Shown: positions 35,515-49,700 of the stretch, piece by piece
Numbering within the stretch: the first letter of the stretch is position 1
How the letters are laid out: each line of letters opens with the position of its first letter
NCBI RefSeq assembly: GCF_964204645.1
Contig: NC_134029.1
Span: 13,914,850-13,978,849 of the forward strand
Source of the DNA: Tubulanus polymorphus
Lineage: Eukaryota; Animalia; Nemertea
Direction of reading: 5' to 3'
Length of the DNA stretch: 64,000 nt
Notes under the pieces: generated by a model
Seen by the model: the letters and a program-made list of their open reading frames with translations, nothing else
Database searches by the model: none
What the model was told of the DNA's origin: nothing
Position numbers and translations under genes: made by a program

Positions 35515-38500
35515 TTAATGTTTTCGTTTCTTACGTTTATTTGGTTTTTTGTCCCAATATTCCCGTAGAATAGCCGCTGAAAGGTTTTCACTTTTCTCCC
35601 ATGTGTTCTCCGCTGAAGGAAAATCTAACCATTTTATGCGATATTGAAACTTTCCTTTCGACTTCCTATGCCTTAAAATTTTCTCTACATAATAAATTTG
35701 TTCTGATATTTCGTTATCTTTGATTTCTACTTTTCTGTTTCCTGTGTCCGTTCCTCGATTACTTATACTTTCATTAATAACCTCTTGAGTAGGCCCACTG
35801 GGGGGACCCACTTTTTGCGAGAGTTGGTCCAGTTGATCTTCCTGAAAATTCTGCACCACAATACCTGGGTCCGGTGATCGAAGATCTGGTCCAACATACC
35901 ACTTCATTCTAGCGGCATGCACTGGATTAGACTTGAGTGTATTATTTCTGTCACTAACCATATATGTGTTTGGTCCAATTTTCTTCCTTACTGTCCAGGG
36001 ACCCGTCCAGCGATGTAATAATTTTGTTGAGAGTTTCTTAACCTTTCTTGGTGTGAATATCCACACCCGATCACCTATATTAAACGGAGGATCGAAGGCC
36101 TTTTTGTCATAGTGACTTTTCATTATCTTTTGAGCCTTTTGTATACGTTTTAAAGCCAATTCTTGTGCTTCTGTCATTCCTGAAATGACATCTGCAATGA
36201 AATGTTCCACATCATGGTATTTAAAATCTGGCTGCAATAGTGCCATATCCATCGGCAGGCGTGGTTCTCTGCCATACATTAAAAAAATGGACTAAATTGT
36301 GTTGTTTCAGTCGCATTAGAGACTCTATAAGCGTAAAGCACACTGGGAATAAAATGATCCCAATCACTATGCCTTTCATTAACGTAGTGAGACAAAGAAG
36401 CAACCAGTGAACCATTGAATCTCTCTACCATACCATTTGTTTGAGGCCTATACCCACTCGTTCTTGACCTTGTAGTATTAAATAATCTACACAACTCCGA
36501 CATAAGTTTTGAAAGAAAGTTTTGACCTCTATCCGAGAGGAACACTCTAGGCGGACCGTGTCGCGACAATATCTCTTCGTATATTTTACGAGCAATGGTT
36601 ACTGCTTCTTGGTTGGGAAGTGCAAAAGCTTCCGGCCACTTGGTCATCATATCAACAAGAACAAGAATATACTTATTACCTTTATCTGTAACTGGTAATG
36701 GACCCAATATATCCATAGCTACCATATCCCACGGGTGACTCTGTGGAATTGGCAACAACGGGGCTCGAACAGGATGAGGGGGATTTTTCCTACTTCCACA
36801 ATGTTCACACGAACGTATCCAGTTTTCGACATCTTTGTATAAACCAGGCCAATAATACCTTTCTCGTATCAGATTATACGTACGCTTGATACCTAGATGT
36901 CCAGCCAAGGGGTCATCATGAGCCGCTGTCAAAATTTCGAATCGCATCTGTATAGGAATAACTAACTGGCGTAGCCGGTTACCATCTGTTTTTCTATTCC
37001 CCTTATCAACATGAAATAACAACCCATCTTCATCTACAAAGTAAAAATCTGCTGCATGAACTATTTTTCTGGCTACCTTTTCATCCTTCGGTAGATTACC
37101 GTCTCGCAAAAATGCTATCATAATTTTGATATCATCGTCTTTCGACTGTTCAATTTTCGACTGTTGCAAAACATCCACATGTGGCTCACCATAACGCCTT
37201 CGGGACAGCGAATCAGCATTTCCATGCAACTTCCCAGGACGGTGTACAATAGAAAAATCAAATTCCTGAAGAAAAAGTAAGTAACGGGCCAGTCTCCCGG
37301 AGGGGTTAGACATGGTCCTTAAGTATTGTAAGCAACTATGATCGGTAACAACCTTGAAATGGCGCCCACGTAAATAAGGCAGATAATGTTTGATTCCAAA
37401 AACTACCGCAAGCAACTCTTTATCCGTGGTAGAATAATTTTTCTGTGCTGTATTCAGTCCCTTTCCAGCATAAGCAATTACCCTTTCCAATCCATACTGT
37501 ACCTGAGCTAAAACTGCACCCAATCCTTCATTACTTGCATCCGTATACAGAGTAAATGATTCTCCTTGGAATTGGGGAAAGCCTAAAACTGGAGCATTTA
37601 TTAAAATTTCTTTAAGCCTCTCGAATGCGGATTGACACTCGGCATTCCAGAGAAACTTCACATTCTTTTTCAACAAGTTCGTAAGCGGACTTGCCACCAA
37701 GCTAAACTCTTTGACAAATCTTCGATAATAGTTACACAGCCCTAAAAACGCACGAACATCCCGTACAGACTTGGGGACAGGCCAATCTCTTACAACCACG
37801 ATTTTTTGTGGATTAGTTTTCACTCCATCTTCAGAGATGACGTGACCTAAAAATAAAACCTGTTTAAGACAAAAAATACATTTCTTTAAGTTAAGTTTCA
37901 AGTTAGCCGCAGCAACACGTTGAAAAACCAGGTTCAGGTGTTGAAGATGTTCCTTAAAAGATGCAGAATAAATAATCACATCATCAATATAGACTAAAAC
38001 GAATTTTCCAATAAAATCCCGCAATAAAGAAGACATCAATCTTTGATATGTTGCAGGGGCATTAGTTAGCCCAAATGGCATCACTTTGAATTGCATTAAA
38101 CCATTATGTGTAACAAAAGCAGTTTTTTCAGCACTGTTTTCATCCAAGGGTATTTGCCAGTATCCACTCAGCATATCCAGCGTGCTGAATACCGTGGCCC
38201 CACTTTGCCCTAATTCATCGAGCATGTCATCAATTCTGGGCAATGGATGTGCATCCATCCGAGTTACCGCATTCAACCCTCTGTAGTCGACACAGAATCT
38301 CCATCTTATTTCCCCGTTGACTGAAGGTTTTTGAAGCAATACAACGGGACTTGACCACGGACTGTTCGAGTGTTTCACCACCCCTAGTTTCATCATTTTT
38401 TCTATTTCATCATCAATCACCCCTCTCAAATTAGGGTCCTATAGGGCCTCTTCCTCACAGGTTTAGAATCTCCTGTGTCAATGCCGTCCTTTACTAGATC

Positions 38501-39897
38501 AGTAACTCCTAACTCGTCAATTGAAGTAGCAAAAACCTCAGAATGGGTTTCCAACAAATGTAACAGTTCTTGACGACTATTGGCATCTAGATAAGAAGGT
38601 ATTTTTGGAATAAAAGATTCAAGTTTTGAATTGTTCCTATGGTCCTTACCAGAAGATTTATTATTATGTGTGCTTTGCAACCGTTCTCCGTTTTCAGTTT
38701 CCCCTATCTGTGGTGTTTCAAATGAAGCATTGTTTAGAGTTGAAAGGCCACAAACTGTCGATGACAAATCTTCAGGTGGTCTGATTTGATGATATTCCTT
38801 TTTCTGCCGGTACGACGGTTCTTCCGGCTTCCAATGTTTCAGCCATAGGTGACCTAAACAAGTATTCTCATGAATTGCTACCATCTTGGAAGAAAAATTC
38901 CCTAGAATAACTGGAATGCCGACTGACGATACTGAGACCATTACACTTGTACCTACCACTCCTTCGTTTTTGAACTGACACGAAGGCTCAAATAATGCAT
39001 CTTCTTTTTGATTATTTTCCACTAGAGCATCATTACAATAAGCTTCAACAATCTTTTCAGAGAAAGGAGGAATACACTCCGTATTCGAGCTGTAAACAGA
39101 AGCTGGCTTATTTAGATTTGTTTTATTTGTAAAATAAACAGGACGAGATGTAGGTAGTTGAAGCGACTTCGTCCCGAAATCAATTACTGCCTGATGAGCC
39201 TGTAGAAAATCAGCACCTAAGATGACATGGCTATCAATTCCAGGCACTACATACATCGAATGGTGAATATCACAATCCCCTAGAAAAAAATTGACCTTTA
39301 AACTAAATAATTTTCCGTCTACAGATCTTGCTTCTTGAAATTGACCTTTTTCAATTGGACCTTCGATTATCGTCGGTGTTTTATCTAGATAATCTTCATT
39401 GATGACACTTATTTCTGCACCTGTATCTACGAGAACTGAAATCGAATTTCCCTGATGCGATCCTGAGGCCCGATTGGCCACTGAAGCAAGAATCGGCGGT
39501 ACATGAGTACGGCGAATGAGTTAGAGCCTGTTTCATGACTTATCAGTGATTGACAGTTTTCTACAGCAGTTTTAACTTCCTGTGGGTCATTTTTGTGATT
39601 ACTGGGTAAGTCATTAATTGGAAGTGGTTCAATACTTACCTCTGAGCAATACTGAGTCTGTGCCTCTTTAGTTTCAATAGACTCTCTCGTTTCAATAGAC
39701 CTTTTTCGGCAGGTTGTTTCTATTGGTACCCGTGTGGGTGTTTCCTTAGCTGGCGTATTTGTTCTTACCATTTCTCTCAAGTCGTATTGTGGATTTCTTA
39801 TTCTATGAACGAATTTATGCTCTAATGCTGATGGCTGAATTTCATTCTGTCGGTCACCGGCTTGCCATCTTGGTGTCGGCGACCTTGTCCATTTCCC
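35515..39897 (-). pseudogene. pol: Pol of B: protease, dUTPase-like spacer, RT, RNase H, integrase, chromodomain (three frameshifts)
   Basis: LVDTGAEIS; FCVDYRGLN; YIDD; TDAS; H..GHLG..C..C; MDILGP/SDRG/ER; WTGPW; YYVEKIL..YRIKWLDF..ENTWE. Confidence 0.95.
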
Positions 39898-40875
39898 ATA
39901 GACGAATTTTGGGGACGTCGTGAATACCTCGGAGTGAACTGATTATGTGGACAGAATTTCTGGTAGTGCCCCGGCTGTCCACAGTTGAAGCAATTGTTAT
40001 TACCTGAGAGATTCCTTTCATGGCGGAAATTATCTTGGTGATCGTGTAAAAATGTAGTAGGACGTCCGGACTGTTGAAACCTACCCTGTCGCTGATTCTG
40101 GTATCGGTTTCTTGGATTCCCTGAATTCGGCTGCCTATACCGATCATTCGGCCCTGACGATTCATGGCCTTCAAAACTACGGGATCGTCTCTGTTCTTCA
40201 AGAAATTGAGAAAACATATGTTTAATTTCCGACATTGTCTTTTCCAGACCATTGTCCGTAACTGTCCGACGTACTGTCGGAATTTCATCTTGGTCCAAGA
40301 GCTGCTCCACAACCCGAGCATGTTCAATTGCTTGTGTAAACGTACCTGGTCTCATTAGCATGACGTCTTTTTTCAGCTGTTTATTTAAACCATTTAGAAA
40401 CGCTATGAGTTTATCACGATCCGATTTTCGGAGTCTATGACCCAGACTATCAATTCTTTCAAAAAAATCATCGACTGTCTCACCTTTTCTTTGAGAAAGT
40501 CCCGAAAAGTCAGTTTCTTTTTGAAGCCTAATCGAATCCGATTCAAATTGTTCCCTAAACGACTCAACTATCTGGGAAAATGTCGTACCTTGAGAAATTA
40601 ATAAATCATCAAAGAACCGACGAGCAGGCCCTTCCAGATACTGAAAAATAAACTGTTTCTTTTGCTCGTCCGACCAACCTCTAGCGTCGGCAGTGTTCTC
40701 ATACGTCCGAATCCACGTAGAGAAATCTACTCCGTTCCGTCTTCCTGAAAACTTCGAAATAGCTAGAATATCACCGAGACTAGTGGAATTTCCTAACCTT
40801 AATTAAAGAGAGAAGATCCTTCTCTGTGGGTTCTACCCTTTGACTAGTGTCTGCAATTTCTTCCTCAGGATCCAT
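39822..40875 (-). pseudogene. gag: Gag of B (capsid + CCHC zinc knuckle), frameshifted
   Basis: ATG at 40875 (MDPEEEIADTSQ). ISKFSGRRNGVDFSTWIRTYENTADARGWSDEQKKQFIFQYLEGPA aligns with gag of C. Knuckle CFNCGQPGHYQKFC. Confidence 0.85.
39855..39897 (-). promoter_or_regulatory. -1 ribosomal frameshift signal of B
   Basis: G GGA AAT in the gag frame (39897-39891), 6-nt spacer, stem GGTCGCCG/CGGTGACC. The -1 frame is open into ORF 39427-39780. Confidence 0.75.
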
Positions 40876-41289
40876 TATATTCAATGTCCTACTTCTGAGT
40901 GTCCTATACATACGTAATAATCTACCACTATATTAGTCAAAATTATAACCCGTAATTTTTTCTTAATTCAACTTACTGACTAAAATAACCTGAAACAAAA
41001 TGCTAATTATAATACAACTACAACTATACTAAAATCGTTTCCTACTATACTTCATTTCATTTTGTGATACCAAAAAAAGTATCTTTTATCATTAATCCAC
41101 TGAAATACCGAACATTTTATCCTTTATAACCTCATAATTGATACCATTATATCATCGCAATAAACTGTTATCACTACTTTGAAAATATGCTTTTTATTCC
41201 AAGCACATACATATAAAACTTCATAATCCATTATACTCTATACTAACGCTTAAACGACCTCATACAACTTAAATAACAGCGCAAATAAC

Positions 41290-42372
41290 TGTTCCGCGGT
41301 CCCTTTCTCTATTGTCTTTTTCCTCTATTACAAACTCCGGTCCCTGGCGAGAAAGTCGACCACGAACACAGAAACCCGAAAACCAAGGAATAAAAGGAAC
41401 TCCGGATTTAAATATGATAATACTCAACTTTAATTCTACAATTTTAACTGAACTATAGTCTCAACAATTTATAAAATTCCCTACCTTTTAATTTAGAATT
41501 TTGTTACAAATCCTGCACACAAGAAGATGCAATTCAACCGGATAGCCGAAAGTTATCTGTTCTATAGTCTTCTAATGCTTCCCCTGAAAATGCTTCCTAA
41601 AAGAGTCCGCTCTCTCTCGAGGTGCGGCCCCTTTTATACGGCTGCGTCCACACCCAAGAAAAATCCAGAACCCTGCTTGTGGCCAGCCGTAAAAGGGAAC
41701 GAGCAACCAACGCAGCACCACGACGCAGAGCCGGGGTCCTGATTCCTAGACTTTTCATTCGCTGCTAACTTTAACCCGACCCTCGACGTCATGATACCTG
41801 CCGGTCTGCTCCCCTTCTCAACCGCACCGAAGAGATTACATATATACTATTTTTCCAACCCTCGAACTCATTTATTTTAACTTATCCAATGATTACAATT
41901 CCCACAATGAATGGTATTTAATTTTGTCTAAATAGTAATATACAATGTAATCCGAAATATCATCTTTCTTATTTATATTCTTTATCATTATAAGTACATA
42001 CAAATTTAAACACACAAACTCTTATTAATTAAAATAATAAAACTCTTTAATATTACTTTTTAATATTACTCTTTAATATTACTTCTTATTATCGAATTAT
42101 CAGACTAAGGGTCAGCGAGTGTTTCATAAGTTGATTTCATAATTGCTCATTTCCACGAATTCTTCTCATGACTACAGCGCCGTGATTACCTTCAAAGTGA
42201 TTTAGAATGCTCGTCTGATACAAGTATAAATGTTTCAGACAAACAACCATTAAGGCGGATAATGTATTATCGTACATAAGGAACAATGCGTGTGTTCTCC
42301 CAGGACCATGCCAAGAAACCTACGTATACAAATCGTTTGATCTTTTTGAAAGTACAATTCAGCTGCGGATCA
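41290..42372 (-). repeat. 3' LTR of element C
   Basis: TGTTCCGCGG...GCGGATCA; about 5 substitutions and 1 indel versus the 5' LTR by eye; minus-strand TATAAAA near 41632-41638. Confidence 0.95.
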
Positions 42373-42411
42373 TCACTCCCCACTCAGCTTAAAATTTCGT
42401 CCCGAAATTTT
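42373..42411 (-). promoter_or_regulatory. Polypurine tract of C with upstream hairpin
   Basis: Minus strand AAAATTTCG-GGA-CGAAATTTT-AAGCT-GAGTGGGGAGTGA-LTR. Confidence 0.85.
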
Positions 42412-44006
42412 GAATTTAGACAACCTCTGAAACACAAGCCGACACCTCATGAAAAACCCTGAAAAAGAAAACAGCAACAAACGGATGAAAAACGCCAAAT
42501 CGCGTCTTTTTCCCCAAAGATATTAACTAGACCATATTCTAAAACTACTCGTTAAAGTTCATAGTAATAACACGCACTAAAAGTTCAGGATTACAGTTCA
42601 ACAAAACCACAAATTAAAGTTCAGGATACCCGCTCGGAAAATGAAAGTATCTTGAGACCGCTGCCTCCGCTAATACAGTAAAAAGTCTAGCACTTAACAC
42701 CACCGCAATTACGAAGTTTGAAAATATACCGCATGAAGACGCAACAGCAACCACAACAACACAGTACGCCATGGACGGACGAATGACGTTATCCAACGCA
42801 GTTCCTCGCAGCCTAATAATACACCATCCAGCGCGAAAACACGCAATATCAATGGCCTCAACGTAGAACCAGATTTACGATACAGGAGTCTATAACTTCT
42901 CCACAGTTTATATCGCAACATACGAGTCGAAAATACCACAACGCTTGTAGTACAACGAAGCTGAATACGGCGCGCTGGAACATCGAGTTCATACATCCGC
43001 CATTTAGATCGGTTTAACGCAAATGTCGTCGGCGAATTTCACGATTTCTTGCATGCAGCCAGGTGTTTTGTCCCCAAGGAGTTACCACAAGTCCGTGAGT
43101 ATAACGATTTTCGCAAGAGGGACAACACCATTAACACTGGCTGACTGCATGACTAACAAAACACTGATACATACATCTCCAGGCATACGCCTAAACGCAA
43201 CTGTATAGGCCGGATTTCTTGTCATCGACGGCCTTGCATCTTTAAAAATGGACGCGGCTCCGAGTGTCCTATGTCCCGACCATACCAGTTGTTGGCCCAT
43301 GCTGTTCTATGCGTCCAGCAATAGAGCTTCGGGATACCTCCCAACAAGTACCCATCTCCATATGGTCACTATCAGGGAAGTACCCCTCAACGTCTATCGC
43401 AGCAGACAGGAAAAAAAAACGGTCTTGCATCCAAGTGCTGTCATGTTGGTCGGTCTCAAACCACTCGAAACGGGTACCCTACAAGCAAAAGACAACGACA
43501 ATATTACATAACAATTAGAGACAACGACAGTCTATTATACAAATTCCATAATCATATTACAAGTCTAGTCTATTATATTGACATTCTTAACAATGAAAAA
43601 TAAAAGAAATAGAGCCTTCTGTTTTAACCATCTACTGCTATCAATTTAGTCAACAAAACTTCGTCGCTATGATGACCCTACTCGTTTCATTGTTCGTTTA
43701 ATTAATTGTATAAATTAATGCGTAAACGTATATCCAACATAAATATTACCTAAAGTAACCACTTAGATACGCATAAAATATCATATATGGTTATTATATA
43801 TCGTATAACTATCCGTAAACGAAAATGACATGATCAGCCTGATCAAATAACAATTGCAAAATAATCTTATCACGACTATACTTACAAAGCTGTCTTATAA
43901 ATTCAGGAAAAAGTGCCCATAGGACACTCCTGCCAGAATATTAACATCGCGAGGAGAGTATAACACTAATTCCTCCAAATGCGATGCTACCAAGTGATTC
44001 AAAATC

Positions 44007-46643
44007 TCAATAAAGACGTGGATACAGACGACCCTCATTTGCCAACATCGATCGCCTAGGTATGTCGAAGGACGGAGGACCTGATGGCAAATGATTGGCC
44101 AACGACGATTCTAGGACCAGAATGCTCGGTTGTTGAGTGTCGGTCTGAGCTTCAACGTCAACAGCGACAATTTCAGGTTCAACTGATGACACAACGAGTT
44201 TCGCCGCTTCTCTCAGTTCCACACTCAACGAACGATAATTAGCCACAACGATTGCTTTACTAGATACCGATAACATCTGCCTCATTTCAAACAGACTTAT
44301 CTTCAGAGGCACCGAGCATGATTTTGGTAAATTATAAACCGTCCCCTGTGAACAGGTCATTTGTTTTTCGTGCCAAGTTAAATTCAATCGAGCAACCCCA
44401 CAAGTGACCTGTAAGGCGACTCTAGTAAGAGCTGGTGGCTCTAAATAACATTCAGATTTACATCCAGACAGCGTTAGTAAAGGTAAATCGAGCCTATGTA
44501 TTCCATTCTTAATTCGCAGCATCAATCTAACTGGATACTTACCAGGCGAGCATGCTGCAGGTAAACAATGCCTGCATCTATAAAATAAAGCACGTAACAA
44601 TGGTCGAAAAATAATTATCAAAATTCCCACTACGATTACCAAAAACAGAACAACATCCACCCGAATATTTTCGGCCATGACCACTTCCTTGATAACTGAA
44701 TTATTCCAACCTCCAGAACGTAAATCGTGAATAGAGGGGTGAATTGTGACCATGGCTTGAGCGGGCGGAAGAAATCCTGCTCCTAACACTGGTATTAATC
44801 CTTGAGATTTTAACAAAACAAATATTGACAGTAACATGCTACCTGCGGATAGACCTATTGCAAGCCAACAAGTCATCCAACCAGTGCTACCACCATTTGA
44901 AATAACTGGCTCCTGGTGATCAAATATCGGCTTGGGAACGGTAAAGTTTTGACTCTTGACTGACAGTTTGGGCCAGTTTCTTAAAATCCATACTAAATTT
45001 AGTATCAACTGCCGCTACCTTTGACCAATTGTTGGTTTTAAAATCCAAAACAGGCAGCGGTGCGTATGGTGTACCCTGGAACATCGTGGCTCCAGTAACA
45101 TTTGAAACTGCATTTTTCCCAAAGAAACTATGAAGGACGGGAAGGTTCACAGCGTGTGCAATAGTTACAGTGTCCTTTTTATGCATTTATTAATTCGACC
45201 AGGGACATAAAACGTTGAACCCCGCAATGCACATGCACAACCAATTTTAATTAAGCAAAAACGACATGCTGGAATCGCTTGTGGTGACTTGCCGGGGCAT
45301 GCGAGAGGCCAAAAGTCATCACTGCCTGATACGAGGAAATAGCCGTCGCCCACATCAGCCGCTAGTTCGGCGAGGCCCCCGACCTCGTATCTTATGTGAC
45401 ATAGCGCTAACACCCGCGAGGGCCTGTCGAAGAAAAGACTACTTAGGCACGAATCAACGGTAATTTCGCGCATGGAGACGCGCTGCTGGCAAGTCATCAC
45501 ATCAGTACCATGACAAGTGGAAAAGATATCATGACCCATTTCTGTATAATAGTTACCATCCCTGGTCGCGCCAAAATACGGGGGCGTCCCCACGATCATT
45601 GAAGTGTTATATGATGTGGCGTTTATTGGGACCGGCATAAGGACCACGGAATACAAATCAAAATAGGTCTGACTAGACTGTAACGGAATTTTGACGGATA
45701 TATAAACATATTTATCTGACTTGGTGAAACAAACATCCTTGACCATATAATAGTACCCCACCTCTCTATTAGCTATAGAAAAGCCTGAGTGCATTCTATT
45801 AAGTTTTTCCGACACGCCGTCAAGAACGGTAGACAACATTTTAGGGTTGACCAGGGCCCGTGGCAAATATCCCTCCAATAGTTTTTCAATCCCCTGTAGC
45901 CACTCGCCCGAAACTGTCGTCAACCTCTCCACTAAAATTATATTTCGTATCGTCATGTCGGCCGCCAATGCCAGCATGCTAGCATCAACGCTTCGACTCA
46001 ATAGTGCTCCTCGAATGGACTTTAACTCTTTAGAATTAGCAACGTACGCCGAAGTCAGACTACTGATCCGAGTGTCCGTCGCATTGATAAACGAGGAAAG
46101 TGTCCCCTGTATATGGGTAATCTGATCTGAATTGAGCTTGACAATCTTCTCGACTTTCTCTACGTGTGACTCTACTTGTTGGACTTCGTCCTCGGTAGCT
46201 GTACCGAACAAGGAAGAAGAAATCGAACCTATCCAAGAAAGCGGTGCTCGTTTGACTCTTTGCCCATTGGCGTGTCGTTTCTTTCGGGAACTGGCGTTTA
46301 CCGCATCCGGGATCATTCGCCTCACATCAGCTAATTGTCCCCTGATGTGAACTAACGTGTCCAACTGAAGACGATGTGCCTCTCGATACATCGCCGCATA
46401 ACCGGTGCAATGAGCGCGAATGTTAGGTTGTACAAGCGAACAGCGTAGTCGCAGACCTTTACTTGGCGGGTCGTCGACTACCAGCCACGGTATTGCAAAC
46501 GTGTGGAACCACGCACTATCCCCGTTATGCACTCCACCTATTCTGTGAAAAGCCGCACCGTAGTTCGGCCTCAAAACTGTAGCTGGCGTTGACCCATAAG
46601 CTTGGGCGAACCAAAGAACCAGTAGTACGAGCGCAACCTGCAT
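44007..46643 (-). pseudogene. env: Env polyprotein of C (two frameshifts)
   Basis: Signal MQVALVLLVLWFAQAYG, LRPNYGAAFHRIGG, furin RVKR, fusion peptide APLSWIGSISSSLFGTA, Cys-rich region, two TMs. Collinear with env of B across ORFs 45165-46667, 44920-45186 and 44007-45008. Confidence 0.85.
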
Positions 46644-46703
46644 TCTGAAAAGATAACAATGAGCCACGTCAATATGGCAAACTTTGGAACAGTCGTCGTC
46701 CTT

Positions 46704-49700
46704 CTATCGGCGCCTATTCTTAGTTTTCCGGCCCCTGGACTTGGACCTAGCCGCTAAGTCATCCCAATAGGCTCTAATAACTTCTGGGTTCAAGTTTTCA
46801 GCTGGCTCAAACGTATTGTCCTTGTTGTCATAACCAACCCATTTGATGAGATATTTCAAAATTCCCTTTTCTTTCTTGTGACGAATAATCTTCTCTACGT
46901 AGTAGACAGGCTCCACGTCACTCGTAGTTGGTTTGTCTGGCAGAGCCTGTCCGGGATATTCATTTGATCCCCCATGGTCGTCTGTCAAATTATTTGGCCG
47001 GTCGTCTTGGTGATCCTCGTCCTGGTCACCATCGTTTCCATTATCGATATCGTCGTCGATCCTGTCCAACGGTCGAATGTCAGTAGAGAAGAAGTATTTC
47101 ATCCGATTACAATGAATCGGCACTGCTAATTCCTTATTGTTTCGTCCTCTAAGATGAAAGAAACAGGAGAAAGCTTTCGAACAACCCGATATGGACCAGT
47201 CCATTGATGTAAGAGTTTCTTACTCAGCCCTTTTACTTTCTTTGGTGTGAAAACTAAGACTTGGTCACCTACGTCAAAAGTTGGCGGGACTGCCGTTCTA
47301 TCAAAACGTTCCTTCATCCTTTCTTGAGCCCTTTTGATGTTATCTCTGGCTAATTTCCTGGCTTCTTTCAACTTCGGTAACATGGCCTGAACAAAACCTC
47401 CTGCGTCAAAGTAGACATCTTTCGGGTTGAAAAGAGCAACATCCATTGGAAGCTTTGGCTCTCGACCGTACATTAAAAAGAACGGAGAATATTGTGATGT
47501 GTCTGACGCTGGACTAACCCTGTACGCAAAAAGAATTGGATCTAAGTACGTATCCCAATCTGTCTGACGGTCGTTACAATACATGCTTAGGGCCTTGACT
47601 ATAACCAAATTCATTTGCTCAACTTGACCTCTGTGGTCTATAAGCACTAGAGCGAGCCCGAGGCGTATTACAGAGTCGCGACACCTCATTCATCAACTTA
47701 CTCAAGAAATTGGTTCCGCGATCGCTCTGTAACACAGATGGGGCCCCGTGTCGGCAAATGATTTGCTCATAAAATATTCTAGCAACTGTGGCTGCCTCTT
47801 GGTCTTTCATAGCAAATGCTTCGACCCATTTTGTAAGATAATCAACGAAAACTAGAATATACTTATTCCCTGAAACAGTTGTTGGAAATGGACCACATAC
47901 ATCCATTGAGACCCTGTCCCATGGTCCAGTGACAGCGATCGGATTAACTGGGGCTCGTATGGGCTTTCCCGGCTTATTTTTGGTTGCACAGTCTCTACAA
48001 GATTTGATCCACTTTTCTACGTCTTTGTACATACCCGACCAATAATACCTAGCCCTTAATGTCTCATAGGTCCTCTTATGTCCCAAGTGACCACCGGTCA
48101 TTGAATCATGACCTGCTTCTAGAATTTCGGTGCGCATATTTTTGGGGATCACTAGTTGTCGCGGACCATCTGCCTCTATCTTTTTCTTTGTGTCCACATG
48201 ATAGAGTAGCCCTTCGTCATCCAAGAAGTAGTAGTCTGACAACAACAGGATTTCTCTGGCCTCCTTGTCCTCTTCCGGTAAGGAGCCGTCGGCTAGATTA
48301 TAAATGATATTCAGCAGATTCGGATCAGACCGTTGATTTACAGACAAGTCGTTTGGAATCGGATCTCGATTTTCGGCTTGTACCGCGCATGCCTCAATCG
48401 TGTCCTCTTCGATCTGGGGCTCAGGATACGGTCTCCGCGATAGACCGTCAACATTGCCGTGCAATTTCCCCGGACGATGAGAGATAGAATAATCAAACTG
48501 TTCAAGATAAAGCGCTATGCGACCCAAACGACCCGACAAATTCTTCATTGATTTTAGATATTGGAGACAGCTATGGTCAGTTATAATTTCAAAGTGATAT
48601 CCCCTCAGATAGGGTTCGAATTTCCGAACTCCTGCCGCTACTGCGAGAAGTTCACGGTCCGTGGTGGAGTAATTCTTTTCGGCTTTTGTTAGCCCACGCC
48701 CTGCATATGCGATTGCTCTCTCAGTGCCCTCCTGAACCTGTGCTAATACCATGCCAATGCCATCGTCAGAGGCATCCGTATATAGTAAAAATGGAGCTCC
48801 CCCATATATGGGATAGGCCAGAATAGGAACTTCGAGCATTGCTTGTTTCAAGGTGTCAAACGCTCGTTGACATGCAGCATCCCATTTATATGGAACACTT
48901 TTCTTGGTTAGATTATGGAGCGGCGCGGCTATAGTACTATACCCCTTACAGAATCGCCTATAGTAATTGGTAAACCCAAGAAAGCTGCGCAGTTGTTTTA
49001 GGGTGGTTGGAATGGGCCAGTTCTGGACCGCTGCTACTTTTTCGGGGTCGGTAGCAATGCCGTCTTTTGATAAACGGTGACTTAAGAAGTTGATTTCCTT
49101 GAGTGCGAAGTAGCACTTCTTAGGGTTCAGACGAAGCCCTGACGCTCGGAAACGATCAAAAATTCGCGCCAAATGTTCTAAGTGGGAGTCGAACGAGTCT
49201 GAATAGCAGATAATATCATCTAGGTATACAAGGCAAAACTTCCCGATCAAATTCCTGAGAAGACCACCCGTAAGTCTTTGAAAAGTCGATGGAGCTGATT
49301 TCAAACCGAAAGGCAATACCTTGAATTCTAGCAGACCAGTTTGAGTTATAAATGCAGTCTTTTCTCTGCTAGCTTCATCTACACCAACCTGCCAATAACC
49401 GCTCAAGAGGTCAAGTGAGCTAAAATATCTCGGTGATGCCTGTCCAACTTGAGCTAATAAATCGTCAATCCTCGGCAAGGGAAAAGAATCAGTCCGAGTG
49501 ACAGCATTGAGTCCTCTATAATCTACACAAAATCGCCACTTGACCTCACCGTCTGGGCTCTTTTTCTGTACTAACACCACTGGGGCAGCCCAAGGGCTCG
49601 TACTATATTGAACAATTCCATTGTCCAACATTTGTTTTACATGAGTGTCGATGACTTCCTGCATACGAGGGGTTGCCCTATATGGCCTCTTCCGAATAGG

